Shown here in pieces: positions 18,223-27,315 of a DNA stretch of 64,000 nucleotides. The notes under the pieces were generated by a model, which was not told where the DNA came from, did not search any database, and saw only the letters and a program-made list of their open reading frames with translations. Every line of letters begins with the position of its first letter. Positions within the stretch are counted from its first letter, which is position 1. The translations under genes were made by a program, and so were the position numbers. Source of the stretch: an uncultured Thermoplasmata archaeon (GTDB lineage: Archaea > Thermoplasmatota > Thermoplasmata > RBG-16-68-12); assembly GCA_963768855.1 (NCBI GenBank), contig CAVYJM010000018.1, forward strand, positions 64,001 through 128,000, written 5' to 3'.

Positions 18223-19921
18223 GGCGTCGCCTCCGGTCGAACCAGACGATCACGACGAGGACGCCCCCGACCGCGCCGACGGACACCAGGGTGATCGGGA
18301 GCCACGGCACGGGGGCGGGAGGATTCGAATCCACGGGCATCGTTTCGAAGCAGTACACGTGCCCGTTATCGCTGAGGGCGAACACGGCCCCGTCCGCCAC
18401 GACCGGCGAGCCGAGGATGTACTGCAACGGGGAGGGCATGTAGGACCAGCGTTCCCCGCCCGAGCTCGCGTTCAGCGCATAGATTGTGCCATTGGCCACA
18501 TTCGTGGCGAAGAAGACCTTCCCGTCTGCGGCGGTCACGGAGGACTGGACCGGCCCGTTCGGCGTGAACGTCCAGAGGACCGCACCGGTCCCGACGTCGA
18601 GTGCGGAGACGCGTCCACCCGTGCCGAACGAGCCGCCGGCGACCACGACGGTCGACCCGACGAGCGCGGGGGAGGAGACGCCCGCGGCGACGTCCGCCTG
18701 CCACGTGACACCGCCCGTCGTCGCGTTCAGCGCATACACGATCCCGTCCTTCGCGGGCACGATCACCTCGGGGCCGTGGACCAGCGGGGAGGCCGCCACG
18801 GACGCGGGCGTCGCGTGGAACCAGGCCTGCGCCCCGGTGGCGGCATCCAGGGCGAGGACCCCGTAGGGCGGATCGTACGTGACCTGGGTCGTCGTGTTGT
18901 ACAGCCCGATGACGCCGACGTAGAGCGTCCCGTCGACGATCGCGGGGGAGGAGAAGCTGATCGAGGCCGGAGCGGCGTGCCGCCACCGGATCGTCCCGTT
19001 CGTCGCCCAGAGGGCGACGACCTCCCCGGTCCCGCCCGTCTCGTTGAACGTCCCGACGTAGGCCGTGTCGAACAGCAGCTTCGGGGACGAGGTCACGCCG
19101 CTGAACCGGGGTGCGGTGAGCAGGGTGACGTTCCATCGCTCCGTCCCGCGCCCAGCGTCGATCGCGTGAACGCGGCCATCGGATCCGCCGACAAGGAGGG
19201 TGCCATTGAACACGGCGGGGGTCGAGAGGCCATGAATCTCCGGGTTGGACCAGACGACCGTGCCGTTCGACTCGTCGAGGGCGAAGAAGCCGTCCAGGGT
19301 CAGGACGTACACCCGCCCGTACGCGACCGCGGGGCTCGAGGCGATCTCTTGGAGATGGAGGTCCTGATCCCACCGGACTCGGATGGAGCCGGGCGCGGCG
19401 CTCGCCGAGGCCCCCGTGTTCGCGATATCGGCGCGGAACTCCTGGGCCGGATATGGGTTCAGCGGCGTGGGAACGGGGTAGAGGGTCGCAAACGTCACAG
19501 GATCGAACCCGTTATCGGAGAGGGCGACCGCGTCGCCGTCGCGGAGGACAAGGCTCGAGATGCCGACGGCGGCCGAATCCCACCGGGAGCTCGTCTCGTT
19601 CCACACGTACAGGCCGACCGCTCCGGAGGGAGGCGACCGGTTCCCCATGTCGGAGATGAAGATCCCGCAGCACGTGTACCACGAGGACTGAAGCGTCAGG
19701 CCGGCGCGGGCCGCGCCCGCGAGGGCCGCCTCCCACGTCGCGTTGGGGGCCGCCGGATCGGCCATCGTCTCGTTTGCCCAGGCGAACGTCCCGTCGCCCA
19801 GATCGAAGAGGAACCGGACTGTGATCGGGGTGCCCGAGGCCGCGAGGAGCGCGGTCCCGGCGGTGGACGACGCCAGGAGAAGGACCGTGAGGGCCGCCGC
19901 CAGGACTCCGAGCAAACGCAC
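18212..19921 (-). CDS. Surface protein with DUF4430-like domain and PQQ-type beta-propeller repeats
   Basis: Signal peptide; GIFISDMG...LYVWN domain; repeated SSPA...YALNATTG..W blades; C-terminal TM helix with a basic tail. Confidence 0.8.
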   Translation of the reverse strand: MRLLGVLAAALTVLLLASSTAGTALLAASGTPITVRFLFDLGDGTFAWANETMADPAAPNATWEAALAGAARAGLTLQSSWYTCCGIFISDMGNRSPPSGAVGLYVWNETSSRWDSAAVGISSLVLRDGDAVALSDNGFDPVTFATLYPVPTPLNPYPAQEFRADIANTGASASAAPGSIRVRWDQDLHLQEIASSPAVAYGRVYVLTLDGFFALDESNGTVVWSNPEIHGLSTPAVFNGTLLVGGSDGRVHAIDAGRGTERWNVTLLTAPRFSGVTSSPKLLFDTAYVGTFNETGGTGEVVALWATNGTIRWRHAAPASISFSSPAIVDGTLYVGVIGLYNTTTQVTYDPPYGVLALDAATGAQAWFHATPASVAASPLVHGPEVIVPAKDGIVYALNATTGGVTWQADVAAGVSSPALVGSTVVVAGGSFGTGGRVSALDVGTGAVLWTFTPNGPVQSSVTAADGKVFFATNVANGTIYALNASSGGERWSYMPSPLQYILGSPVVADGAVFALSDNGHVYCFETMPVDSNPPAPVPWLPITLVSVGAVGGVLVVIVWFDRRRRRGP

Positions 19922-20021
19922 TTGATTCGCCTCGTCAACTGCACTTGATGTGATTACGATGGACTTGACTACTTAAGTACGTTGGTGCGCATCACCCTCC
20001 CAGACCGGAGCTGAGGTGTCC

Positions 20022-20813
20022 ATGAACGTCCTCCGCGACTTGCGCGAGAGCACGCAGATGCTCTTCCTGCATGAAGTGAGTGCGAACCGCCACACGCGAC
20101 TGCGGACGATCGCCGAGCGGCTCGGCATGACCGTGCAGGGGGCCTCCGACTATGCCCATCGGCTCGAAGCGGATGGCCTCCTCGTCGTCACGGGCGGCGA
20201 GTACCGGCCGACGAAACGGGGAATCGAATTCCTCCAGAACCGCGTCCGGGAGCTTCGATCGTTCGTGGAGCGGGCGGGTCGGAACATCGCCTTCGTCGAG
20301 ACGACGGCCGCGCTCGCGGGCGCGAGCCTGCACCGGGGCGACCGCGTCGGGCTGTTCATGGAGGGAGGATACCTCGTTGCCTATCCCAACCGGCCGTCGT
20401 CGTCGACGGGCACCGCTGCGGAGGAGGCTACCAAGGGGGACGGCGTGGCGGTGCGCACCCTGGAAGGCATCGTGACTCTGCATCCCGGTCGGGTCACGAT
20501 GGTCCGGGTCGGTCCGACGCCGTCCGGACTGGGGAAGGCGCCCCCCGCGGCGGTCCGTCGCGTGCGGCAACGGGCCCGCGGCGCCCTCGTCGCGACGATG
20601 GACGTCCCCGGGCTCACGGCAGCGCGAGCCCTCGGACTCCGGGCCCGGATCGAGTTCGGCGTGCTGCCCGCGGTCGTCGAGGCAGCGGAACGCGGGATGC
20701 GGGTCGTCCTCCTCCTCCCGGAGGACCGGGCTGCGGAGGCGGCCCAGGCGATTGAGGCCGCGAACAGCCGGCTCGAGGAGAAGATCCCGTACGAGAGCCT
20801 GGCGCTCGGCTGA
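20022..20813 (+). CDS. Winged-helix transcriptional regulator (archaeal COG1497-like)
   Basis: LRTIAERLGMTVQGASDYAHRLEADGLL HTH; divergent from the surface-protein operon. Confidence 0.8.
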   Translation: MNVLRDLRESTQMLFLHEVSANRHTRLRTIAERLGMTVQGASDYAHRLEADGLLVVTGGEYRPTKRGIEFLQNRVRELRSFVERAGRNIAFVETTAALAGASLHRGDRVGLFMEGGYLVAYPNRPSSSTGTAAEEATKGDGVAVRTLEGIVTLHPGRVTMVRVGPTPSGLGKAPPAAVRRVRQRARGALVATMDVPGLTAARALGLRARIEFGVLPAVVEAAERGMRVVLLLPEDRAAEAAQAIEAANSRLEEKIPYESLALG

Positions 20814-21779
20814 TCATTCTCGGATGGATACCCTATCGATCCGGCCGTCCCCGTCGCGGTCCTCGCCCGAGACGACGCGGTAGAACTCCCGTCCGGGCTC
20901 ATAGCCTTCGAGGACATCGTCCGCGAACTGGGTGAGCCCGAGGATGCTCGAGAGGGTTCCCTGATAGTGCAGCCCGCTGAGGACGACGACCGTCTTCGAC
21001 TTGTTCCACGGGTTCGGCACCTTCGCGATGAGGCCGACGTCCTCCTCCGCGTACGTGTGATGCGTCCGGGAGGACTCGACGTGCCAGACCTGCTTCCAGT
21101 CGAAGTTCACCGCGAGATGCGGGTTGAGGTCCATCATGATGATGTTCGCGACGGGCCCGCCGACGAGGATCAGGTTCTCCCGCCCTGCACCCGCGGCCTT
21201 CACCTCGGTGTCCAGGCGCGTGACGAGACCCTTGGGCGCCGTGAACAGGTGGCCGAGGAAGAAGCCGAGCTGGACCGCATAGGGGGAGTCCCTCGCCGTC
21301 GTGATGAAGGGTCCGTGCGGGTAGGGCGAGCCCACCACGATGCTGCCGTCGAAGGTCCCGCCGCGGGAGAACTCCCCTAGGAACTCCGAGACGATTCCGG
21401 ACCGGGGGAGCGCCGGGAAAGGGACCGGCGCGGCCCGTGACTTCAGGAGGACCACGAAGGCGTCCGCGGTCGGCGCCAGGACGCGTGCCGAAGCGCCGCG
21501 CTTCGCCTCCTCCCGGACGACCTTGAGGAATCCCGCGGCTTCGAGGCGTCGAACGTGGTAGTAGACCTTCTGCTCGTGGACTTTCAGGCGATCCGCGAGG
21601 GCGTTCGGATAGTCCGGCGTTTTCGCGAGCTCCTGCAGGATTCGCCAGGCCAGGGGCGACGAGACGGCGCCGATCCGCGAAGGCTTGTCGATCATCTCGG
21701 CCTCTCGGGCCACGGGACCTTCCGGGGTCTCCTCGACGAGCCATCGACGGACCATGGACTCCCTGAGGCGCTTGACCAT
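20814..21779 (-). CDS. ArsR-type HTH regulator with C-terminal domain
   Basis: ILQELAKTPDYPNALADRLKVHEQKVYYHVRRLEAAG HTH; NLILVGGPVAN in the C-terminal domain. Confidence 0.75.
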   Translation of the reverse strand: MVKRLRESMVRRWLVEETPEGPVAREAEMIDKPSRIGAVSSPLAWRILQELAKTPDYPNALADRLKVHEQKVYYHVRRLEAAGFLKVVREEAKRGASARVLAPTADAFVVLLKSRAAPVPFPALPRSGIVSEFLGEFSRGGTFDGSIVVGSPYPHGPFITTARDSPYAVQLGFFLGHLFTAPKGLVTRLDTEVKAAGAGRENLILVGGPVANIIMMDLNPHLAVNFDWKQVWHVESSRTHHTYAEEDVGLIAKVPNPWNKSKTVVVLSGLHYQGTLSSILGLTQFADDVLEGYEPGREFYRVVSGEDRDGDGRIDRVSIRE

Positions 21780-21987
21780 TATAACACTTTTCGTAACGGT
21801 CTGGATAATGTTGTAACATATTCTTTAATATAGGAGCGCCCTTCTCTCGGGACATGCGGACCGCGAGACCCTCCCCGTCTGCGTACGGGGGCGGGCTGTT
21901 ATCGGAAGGGATATGGGCCTCAGAAGGGATATACGGGTCCTGTCGCGGATGGGCCGCCGGCCCGACCGCCACCCAGGTGAGATCCGA

Positions 21988-23178
21988 ATGAAGGCCGTCA
22001 TCCTCGCCGCAGGGGAGGGAGCCCGGATGGGTCCCTTCACCGCCAGCGTGCCCAAGGTCATGATCCCCGTCGGCAACCGACCCATCATCGAGTACGTCGT
22101 CCGCGCGCTCGTCGAGAGTGGGGTCCGGGACATCCTGATGGTGATCGGCTACCGCCGGGAGCGGATCCAGTCCTACTTCGGGGACGGCAAGGCGTTCGAC
22201 GCGCGGATCACGTACATCCAGGAACCGAAGCAGCTCGGGACCGCGCACACGGTGCGCCAGGCGAAACCCAACCTGGACGGCCGCTTCCTCGTGCTCAACG
22301 GCTCGAGCCTCATCGACAAGCAGTTCGTGGGCGACCTCCTCGGCCACGCGGACGGCCCCGCGGTCGCGATCAAGGAGAGCGAGCGCCCTCAGGAGTACGG
22401 GGTCGTGACCCTCCGCGGGAAGAACGTGGTCGCGATCATGGAACGGCCCCGGGAGGTCACGTCGAACCTCATCAGCACGGGGGCCTACATCCTCGAGCCC
22501 TCCGTGTTCGACCTGATCGACCGGCAGGCCGAGGAGGGTCGGCATGACCTGCCCAGCGTCCTCTCGGAGTGGGCCAAGACGACCGCGATCACCGCAGTCG
22601 AGTCGAAGGGCACGTGGGTCGACGCCCGGTACCCGTGGGACCTCCTCCGGCTGAACGCGACGGCCCTCCTGTCGGTGCACGACATCCGCGCGGGCACGAT
22701 CGAACGGGGCGTGGTGATCCACGGTCGCGTGACGGTCGGCGAGGGCTGCACGATCCGCGCGGGCGCGTTCCTGCAGGGCCCGCTTTCCCTGGGCCCGGGC
22801 TGCGAGATTGGCGCGAACGCCGTCCTGCTGCCGTCCACGAGCCTGGGGAAGAACGTTCGCGTCGGCCCGCTCACCACGATCGCCAACTCGATCCTGATGG
22901 ATGACGTGAACCTCGGTCCCTCGAGCGTCGTCCAGGACAGCGTCCTCGGATCCGGTGTCACGTCGCGGGCCGGGCTCCTCGCCGCTTCGGGCCCCGCGGA
23001 TGTCCCGATCGAAGGGGACTACCATGCCGTGCGCCAGATCGGCGCGCTCATCGGGGAGGATTCCGAACTCGGGAACGGCGTGAGCGTGGACTGCGGGACC
23101 GTGATCAACGAGCGCGCCCGGGTCGCCTCGGGGGCGCGTCTTCGCGGGACGGTGCCCGCCGGAGCGGTGGTCCTCTAG
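21988..23178 (+). CDS. glmU: Bifunctional sugar-1-phosphate nucleotidylyltransferase/acetyltransferase (archaeal GlmU type)
   Basis: MKAVILAAGEGARMGPFT...PKVMIP, LGTAH and C-terminal hexapeptide repeats; adjacent to glmS. Confidence 0.88.
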   Translation: MKAVILAAGEGARMGPFTASVPKVMIPVGNRPIIEYVVRALVESGVRDILMVIGYRRERIQSYFGDGKAFDARITYIQEPKQLGTAHTVRQAKPNLDGRFLVLNGSSLIDKQFVGDLLGHADGPAVAIKESERPQEYGVVTLRGKNVVAIMERPREVTSNLISTGAYILEPSVFDLIDRQAEEGRHDLPSVLSEWAKTTAITAVESKGTWVDARYPWDLLRLNATALLSVHDIRAGTIERGVVIHGRVTVGEGCTIRAGAFLQGPLSLGPGCEIGANAVLLPSTSLGKNVRVGPLTTIANSILMDDVNLGPSSVVQDSVLGSGVTSRAGLLAASGPADVPIEGDYHAVRQIGALIGEDSELGNGVSVDCGTVINERARVASGARLRGTVPAGAVVL

Positions 23179-24972
23179 ATGTGCGGCATCATCGGGTATG
23201 CGGGCCAGCGGAGCGCGTTGCCGATCCTCCTGGACGGCCTGAAGCGCCTCGAGTACCGCGGCTACGACAGCGCCGGGGTCGCGATCGTCGGGAGCGGCCT
23301 GCAGATCGTGAAGGACAAGGGCTTCATCGCGAACCTCGAGGCGCAGCTGACGCCGATGACCGGGACGACGGGTCTGGCCCACACGCGGTGGGCGACGCAC
23401 GGAGCACCCTCGAAGGTCAACGCCCACCCGCACACGGACTGCCACGGGAAGCTCGCGCTGGCCCACAACGGGATCATCGAGAACTACATCGCCCTCCGGG
23501 AGAAGCTGGAGGCCGAGGGCCACGTCTTCAAGACGGAGACGGACACGGAGAGCCTCGCGCACCTCATCGAATCCTTCTACCACGGCGACCTCGAAGACGC
23601 GGTCCGCAAGGCGCTTCACGAGGTCCGCGGCTCGTATGGGATCGCGGTCGTCCATGCGGACGAACCGGGCAAGGTCGTGGGCGCGCGGAACGAGAGCCCG
23701 CTCGTGATCGGGATCGCCCCGGGTGAGACCTTCCTGGCCTCGGACGTGCCCGCCCTCCTGAGGTACACGGACAAGGTCGTCTACATGATGGACAAGGAGA
23801 TGGTCGTACTCACCCCGGGGGGTGCGCTCCTGAAGGACCTGGAGGGCCGGGCGGTCCACCGCGACGCACAGCGCATCACCTGGACCCTCGAAGACGCGGA
23901 GAAGGGTGGCTTCGAGCACTTCATGCTCAAGGAGATCCACGAAACGCCGAAGGCGATCCACGAGACCCTCCTTGGCCGCGTCGCGAACCTCGAACTCGAC
24001 GGCTTGCTCACCGAGGACGCGACGAGCGTGAAACTCGTCGCCTGCGGCACCTCATACCACGCGGCCCTCGTGGGCAAGTACATCTTCGAGGAAATCGCGC
24101 AGGTCCCTGCGAGCGCGGAGATCGCGTCGGAGTACCGCTACACGCAGGGCGCCACGGAACGGCCCCTCGTCATCCTGATCTCCCAGAGCGGGGAGACCGC
24201 GGACACGCTCGGCGCGGCGCGCGAGGCGAGGCGCCGCGGGTGCAAGACCCTGTGCATCTGCAACGTGATCGGCTCGAGCCTCTCCCGGGAGGCGGACGCG
24301 ACGCTCTACACCCGGGCCGGCGTCGAAATCGGGGTCGCGGCCACGAAGACGTTCGTCGCGCAGCTCATCGTCCTGTATCTGATCGCCCTACGGATGGGGC
24401 TTGACCGCGGGACTCTCGGATACGAGGAGGCGGAGCGGCTCAAGGACGAGCTGCGCTCACTCCCTCGTGCGGTCCTCGCGGTGCTCAACAAAGAGCCGAT
24501 GATCCAGGACCTCGCCGAGGTCTACGGCCGGGACGCGCGGGACGCGTTCTACATCGGCCGCCACGTGAACTACCCCGTCGCCATGGAAGGCGCGCTGAAG
24601 CTCAAGGAGATCTCGTACATCCATGCCGAGGCGTACGCGGCCGGCGAACTGAAGCATGGCCCCCTCGCCCTGATCACGAAGGACACGCCCGTCATCGCGA
24701 TCGCGGTCGACGACCCGACTTACGAGAAGATGCGCTCCAACATCGGCGAGGTGAACGCGCGGGGCGCGCGGATCCTCGCGATCGGGACGGAGGGGGACCG
24801 GGAGCTGCCCAAGTTCGCGGACGACCTGATCACGGTGCCGCGGATGTCGTCGATCTTCTCCCCCGTGCCCGTGAGCGTCGCCCTCATGCTGTTCGCCTAC
24901 CACGTCGCGCGCCTGCGAGACTGCCCGATCGACAAGCCCCGCAACCTGGCGAAGAGCGTCACCGTCGAGTGA
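23179..24972 (+). CDS. glmS: Glutamine--fructose-6-phosphate transaminase
   Basis: MCGIIG, LEYRGYDSAG, HTRWATHG, SQSGETAD, EGALKLKE and DKPRNLAKSVTVE. Confidence 0.98.
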   Translation: MCGIIGYAGQRSALPILLDGLKRLEYRGYDSAGVAIVGSGLQIVKDKGFIANLEAQLTPMTGTTGLAHTRWATHGAPSKVNAHPHTDCHGKLALAHNGIIENYIALREKLEAEGHVFKTETDTESLAHLIESFYHGDLEDAVRKALHEVRGSYGIAVVHADEPGKVVGARNESPLVIGIAPGETFLASDVPALLRYTDKVVYMMDKEMVVLTPGGALLKDLEGRAVHRDAQRITWTLEDAEKGGFEHFMLKEIHETPKAIHETLLGRVANLELDGLLTEDATSVKLVACGTSYHAALVGKYIFEEIAQVPASAEIASEYRYTQGATERPLVILISQSGETADTLGAAREARRRGCKTLCICNVIGSSLSREADATLYTRAGVEIGVAATKTFVAQLIVLYLIALRMGLDRGTLGYEEAERLKDELRSLPRAVLAVLNKEPMIQDLAEVYGRDARDAFYIGRHVNYPVAMEGALKLKEISYIHAEAYAAGELKHGPLALITKDTPVIAIAVDDPTYEKMRSNIGEVNARGARILAIGTEGDRELPKFADDLITVPRMSSIFSPVPVSVALMLFAYHVARLRDCPIDKPRNLAKSVTVE

Positions 24973-25912
24973 TCCCGTCCGAGCCGGGAAGGCGCGTGTC
25001 CGGCGGCACGGGAGCGAGTCCACCCGCACCGGGTTCCGGGAGCTCCTTCTCCCCTTGCGCGACGATGTAGGTGCCGAGGAGGATCAGCGCCCCGCCCACG
25101 AGGGTGAATGCGTCCAGGACATCCCCGAACATCGCGACGGACAGGACCGTGGCGACGATGATCTCCAGGAGGACGAGCAGGCTCGAGACGGTCGGCGAGA
25201 TCGTCCGCAGGCTCAGGGTGTACAGGAACATCGGCAGGAACGTCGGGATGAGGCCGAGGTAGGCGATCCCCGCCCACGAGAGCGCGTCCGAGGGCCAGCC
25301 ACCCGAGACGAAGAGGAGTGGCACCGCGGAGAAGACGGTCGTCGTCGCCAGGATCATCGCGACGAGGGCGAGGTAGTCGCCGCCTTGGTCCACCATCCGC
25401 TTCAGGCCCATCACGTAGAACGCCCACATCACGCCCGCGGAGAAGACGAGCAGGTCTCCGAGGAAGTCGCCGCCTGTGACGCTCGCCGGGTTCAGCTTCG
25501 TCGCGAGGAGGACCACTCCCGCGAGCCCGAGGACGATCCCCGTGGTCCGACGCAGGGTCACGGCCTCCTTGTAGACGAGCACCATCAGGATCGCGATGAA
25601 GACGATGTTCACGTTCACCAGCAGCGCGGTCTTCGACGCGGTCGTGTAGGCGAGGCCGATGTTCTGCAGGTTGAACGCGAGGGAGTTCACGAGGCCGAGG
25701 GCCCACACCCACGGGTCCCGGAGGAAGGACCAGCGGAGCCGGTGCATCGCCGCGAGGACGGCGAATCCGAGGAGCGCGCCGATCCCGAGCCGCGCCATCG
25801 TGATGAAGAGCGGGTCGACCTCGCCGACGATCAGCTTCGTCCCGGGGAAGGCCGTCCCCCAGAAGACGCTCGCGAGGACGACGAAGGCATAGTCTCGCCG
25901 GCGAGCGTCCAC
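24959..25912 (-). CDS. DMT/EamA family transporter
   Basis: About 10 TM helices in two EamA repeats (FWGTAFP...K; GDLLVFSAGVMWAFY); GTG start at 25912. Confidence 0.88.
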   Translation of the reverse strand: MDARRRDYAFVVLASVFWGTAFPGTKLIVGEVDPLFITMARLGIGALLGFAVLAAMHRLRWSFLRDPWVWALGLVNSLAFNLQNIGLAYTTASKTALLVNVNIVFIAILMVLVYKEAVTLRRTTGIVLGLAGVVLLATKLNPASVTGGDFLGDLLVFSAGVMWAFYVMGLKRMVDQGGDYLALVAMILATTTVFSAVPLLFVSGGWPSDALSWAGIAYLGLIPTFLPMFLYTLSLRTISPTVSSLLVLLEIIVATVLSVAMFGDVLDAFTLVGGALILLGTYIVAQGEKELPEPGAGGLAPVPPDTRLPGSDGITRR

Positions 25913-26047
25913 GGCCCCGCGGACCCCGCAGGCGCTAGTTGAGCCTTTCCATGAGGGCCGCCCGTCCTCTCCGCGAGCAAAAGAATCACGGCCGATAACC
26001 GCGCTGCCACGCTTAAGGCCGCCCGCCCGTTCTCCCGGACCGAGAGG

Positions 26048-26911
26048 ATGGAGGGAGGCCTCGGCGAGCTGGCGGCGTGCGTGGCTCACGAGACGCAGCT
26101 CGCGTCGTTTGCCGCCTCGTTCTTTTCGCCTCCCGAGCTCTTCCTGGAACGACGGCCGGAAGCGGAGCCCGTCCTCCGCGCGATCCTGCGCGCGACGGAG
26201 GACTGCCCGTTGTGCCGCCGCAAAGCGGATCGGGCGGGGATGCGACGGATCGTCCTCTCATCGGACGCGGCCCCCGCAACGCCCTCCGACATCGTCGTAC
26301 GATTGACCTGCACCCACAAGCACGGGGGACCCTGGGACTGCGCCTACCGCGCCGATGTGAAGCGGAAGATCCTCCTCCTCGGGGACGCGTCCGCGCGGAA
26401 GACGGAGCTGGTCCGGCCCGCGGTCTTCGACTTCGTCCCGGATGGATACCGCGATTCGCTCGGAGCCAAGGTCATGACACGTCACGAGACGGTGAACCTG
26501 GAGACCCAGGGGGTGGCGTTCCACATCGTGTTCACGTTGTGGGACATCGCCGGAAACCGGTTCGGCACGAAAGGCCTCCTGGCCGACTACTTCCGGGGCG
26601 CCCGGGCCGTCCTGGCCGTCTGCGACCTCTCTCATGCACGAAGTGTCGAGGAACTCGGGTACTGGCTTTCCGTGGCCACTCGCATCCTGGGAAAGACCCT
26701 AGTGGTGATCGTGGCGAAAGAACGGATCGCCCCGGACCCCTTGCCGATCGCGGAGGCGCGGTTGAAGGAGATCGTGCGGAAGCACCATGCGACCCTGGTG
26801 ATGGTGCCGTCCAAGGACTCGCACACCCTCGAGCACGTGTTCCGGGGCATCGGAGAGGAGACGATTCGGGACGTCTTCGGGACCGAGGGGCACCCGCGGA
26901 TGTACCTCTGA
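26048..26911 (+). CDS. Rab/Ras-like small GTPase domain protein with degenerate motifs and an N-terminal Cys/His domain
   Basis: KILLLGDASARKT, TLWDIAG and YFRGARAVLAVCDLS; CPLC and CTHKH...C in the N-terminal part. Confidence 0.72.
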   Translation: MEGGLGELAACVAHETQLASFAASFFSPPELFLERRPEAEPVLRAILRATEDCPLCRRKADRAGMRRIVLSSDAAPATPSDIVVRLTCTHKHGGPWDCAYRADVKRKILLLGDASARKTELVRPAVFDFVPDGYRDSLGAKVMTRHETVNLETQGVAFHIVFTLWDIAGNRFGTKGLLADYFRGARAVLAVCDLSHARSVEELGYWLSVATRILGKTLVVIVAKERIAPDPLPIAEARLKEIVRKHHATLVMVPSKDSHTLEHVFRGIGEETIRDVFGTEGHPRMYL

Positions 26912-26964
26912 GCGAGGCGACCCGCGGGGCGGATTCGGACCCCCTCAGGGCCCGCCGGTCCGTT

Positions 26965-26986
26965 GTTATCGCAGTACTGCGATAAC
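26965..26986. repeat. Perfect 22-bp palindrome GTTATCGCAGTACTGCGATAAC (candidate operator)
   Basis: Exact self-complementarity; ends 40 nt before the ATG of the next gene. Confidence 0.85.
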
Positions 26987-27025
26987 TTGATGCGCCCTGA
27001 CGGCCATGGGGCTCCCGGTACGCCC

Positions 27026-27262
27026 ATGAAGGTCGGGTGTGGGTTCGTCGAGAAAACCGTCCGCGGCCAGAGGTATCTCTACGTCTGGGCCTTCGAAGCC
27101 CGCGGATCGGGCGTCCGGAAGGTGGAGCGGTACATCGGGCCCGCGCGGCGCCCCGAGGCGCGCCAGAAAGCCCTGCGCGAGCTGGAGGTCCTTGCCTCCC
27201 GGGCGACCGCCGCGCTCGAGCGGCGGCGCGCCACGTGGCGGCGCCAGCTCGCGCCTCCCTGA
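27026..27262 (+). CDS. Small basic protein with KTVRG.RYLY...RYIGP motif (mobile-element-type DNA-binding module)
   Basis: 78 aa; the motif resembles N-terminal modules of archaeal virus/plasmid proteins (my recognition, unverified). Confidence 0.6.
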   Translation: MKVGCGFVEKTVRGQRYLYVWAFEARGSGVRKVERYIGPARRPEARQKALRELEVLASRATAALERRRATWRRQLAPP

Positions 27263-27315
27263 CCCCGGGGCGTCTCAGAAACGTTTATGGCGCGTGGCCT
27301 TGTTCGGCCCGCATC

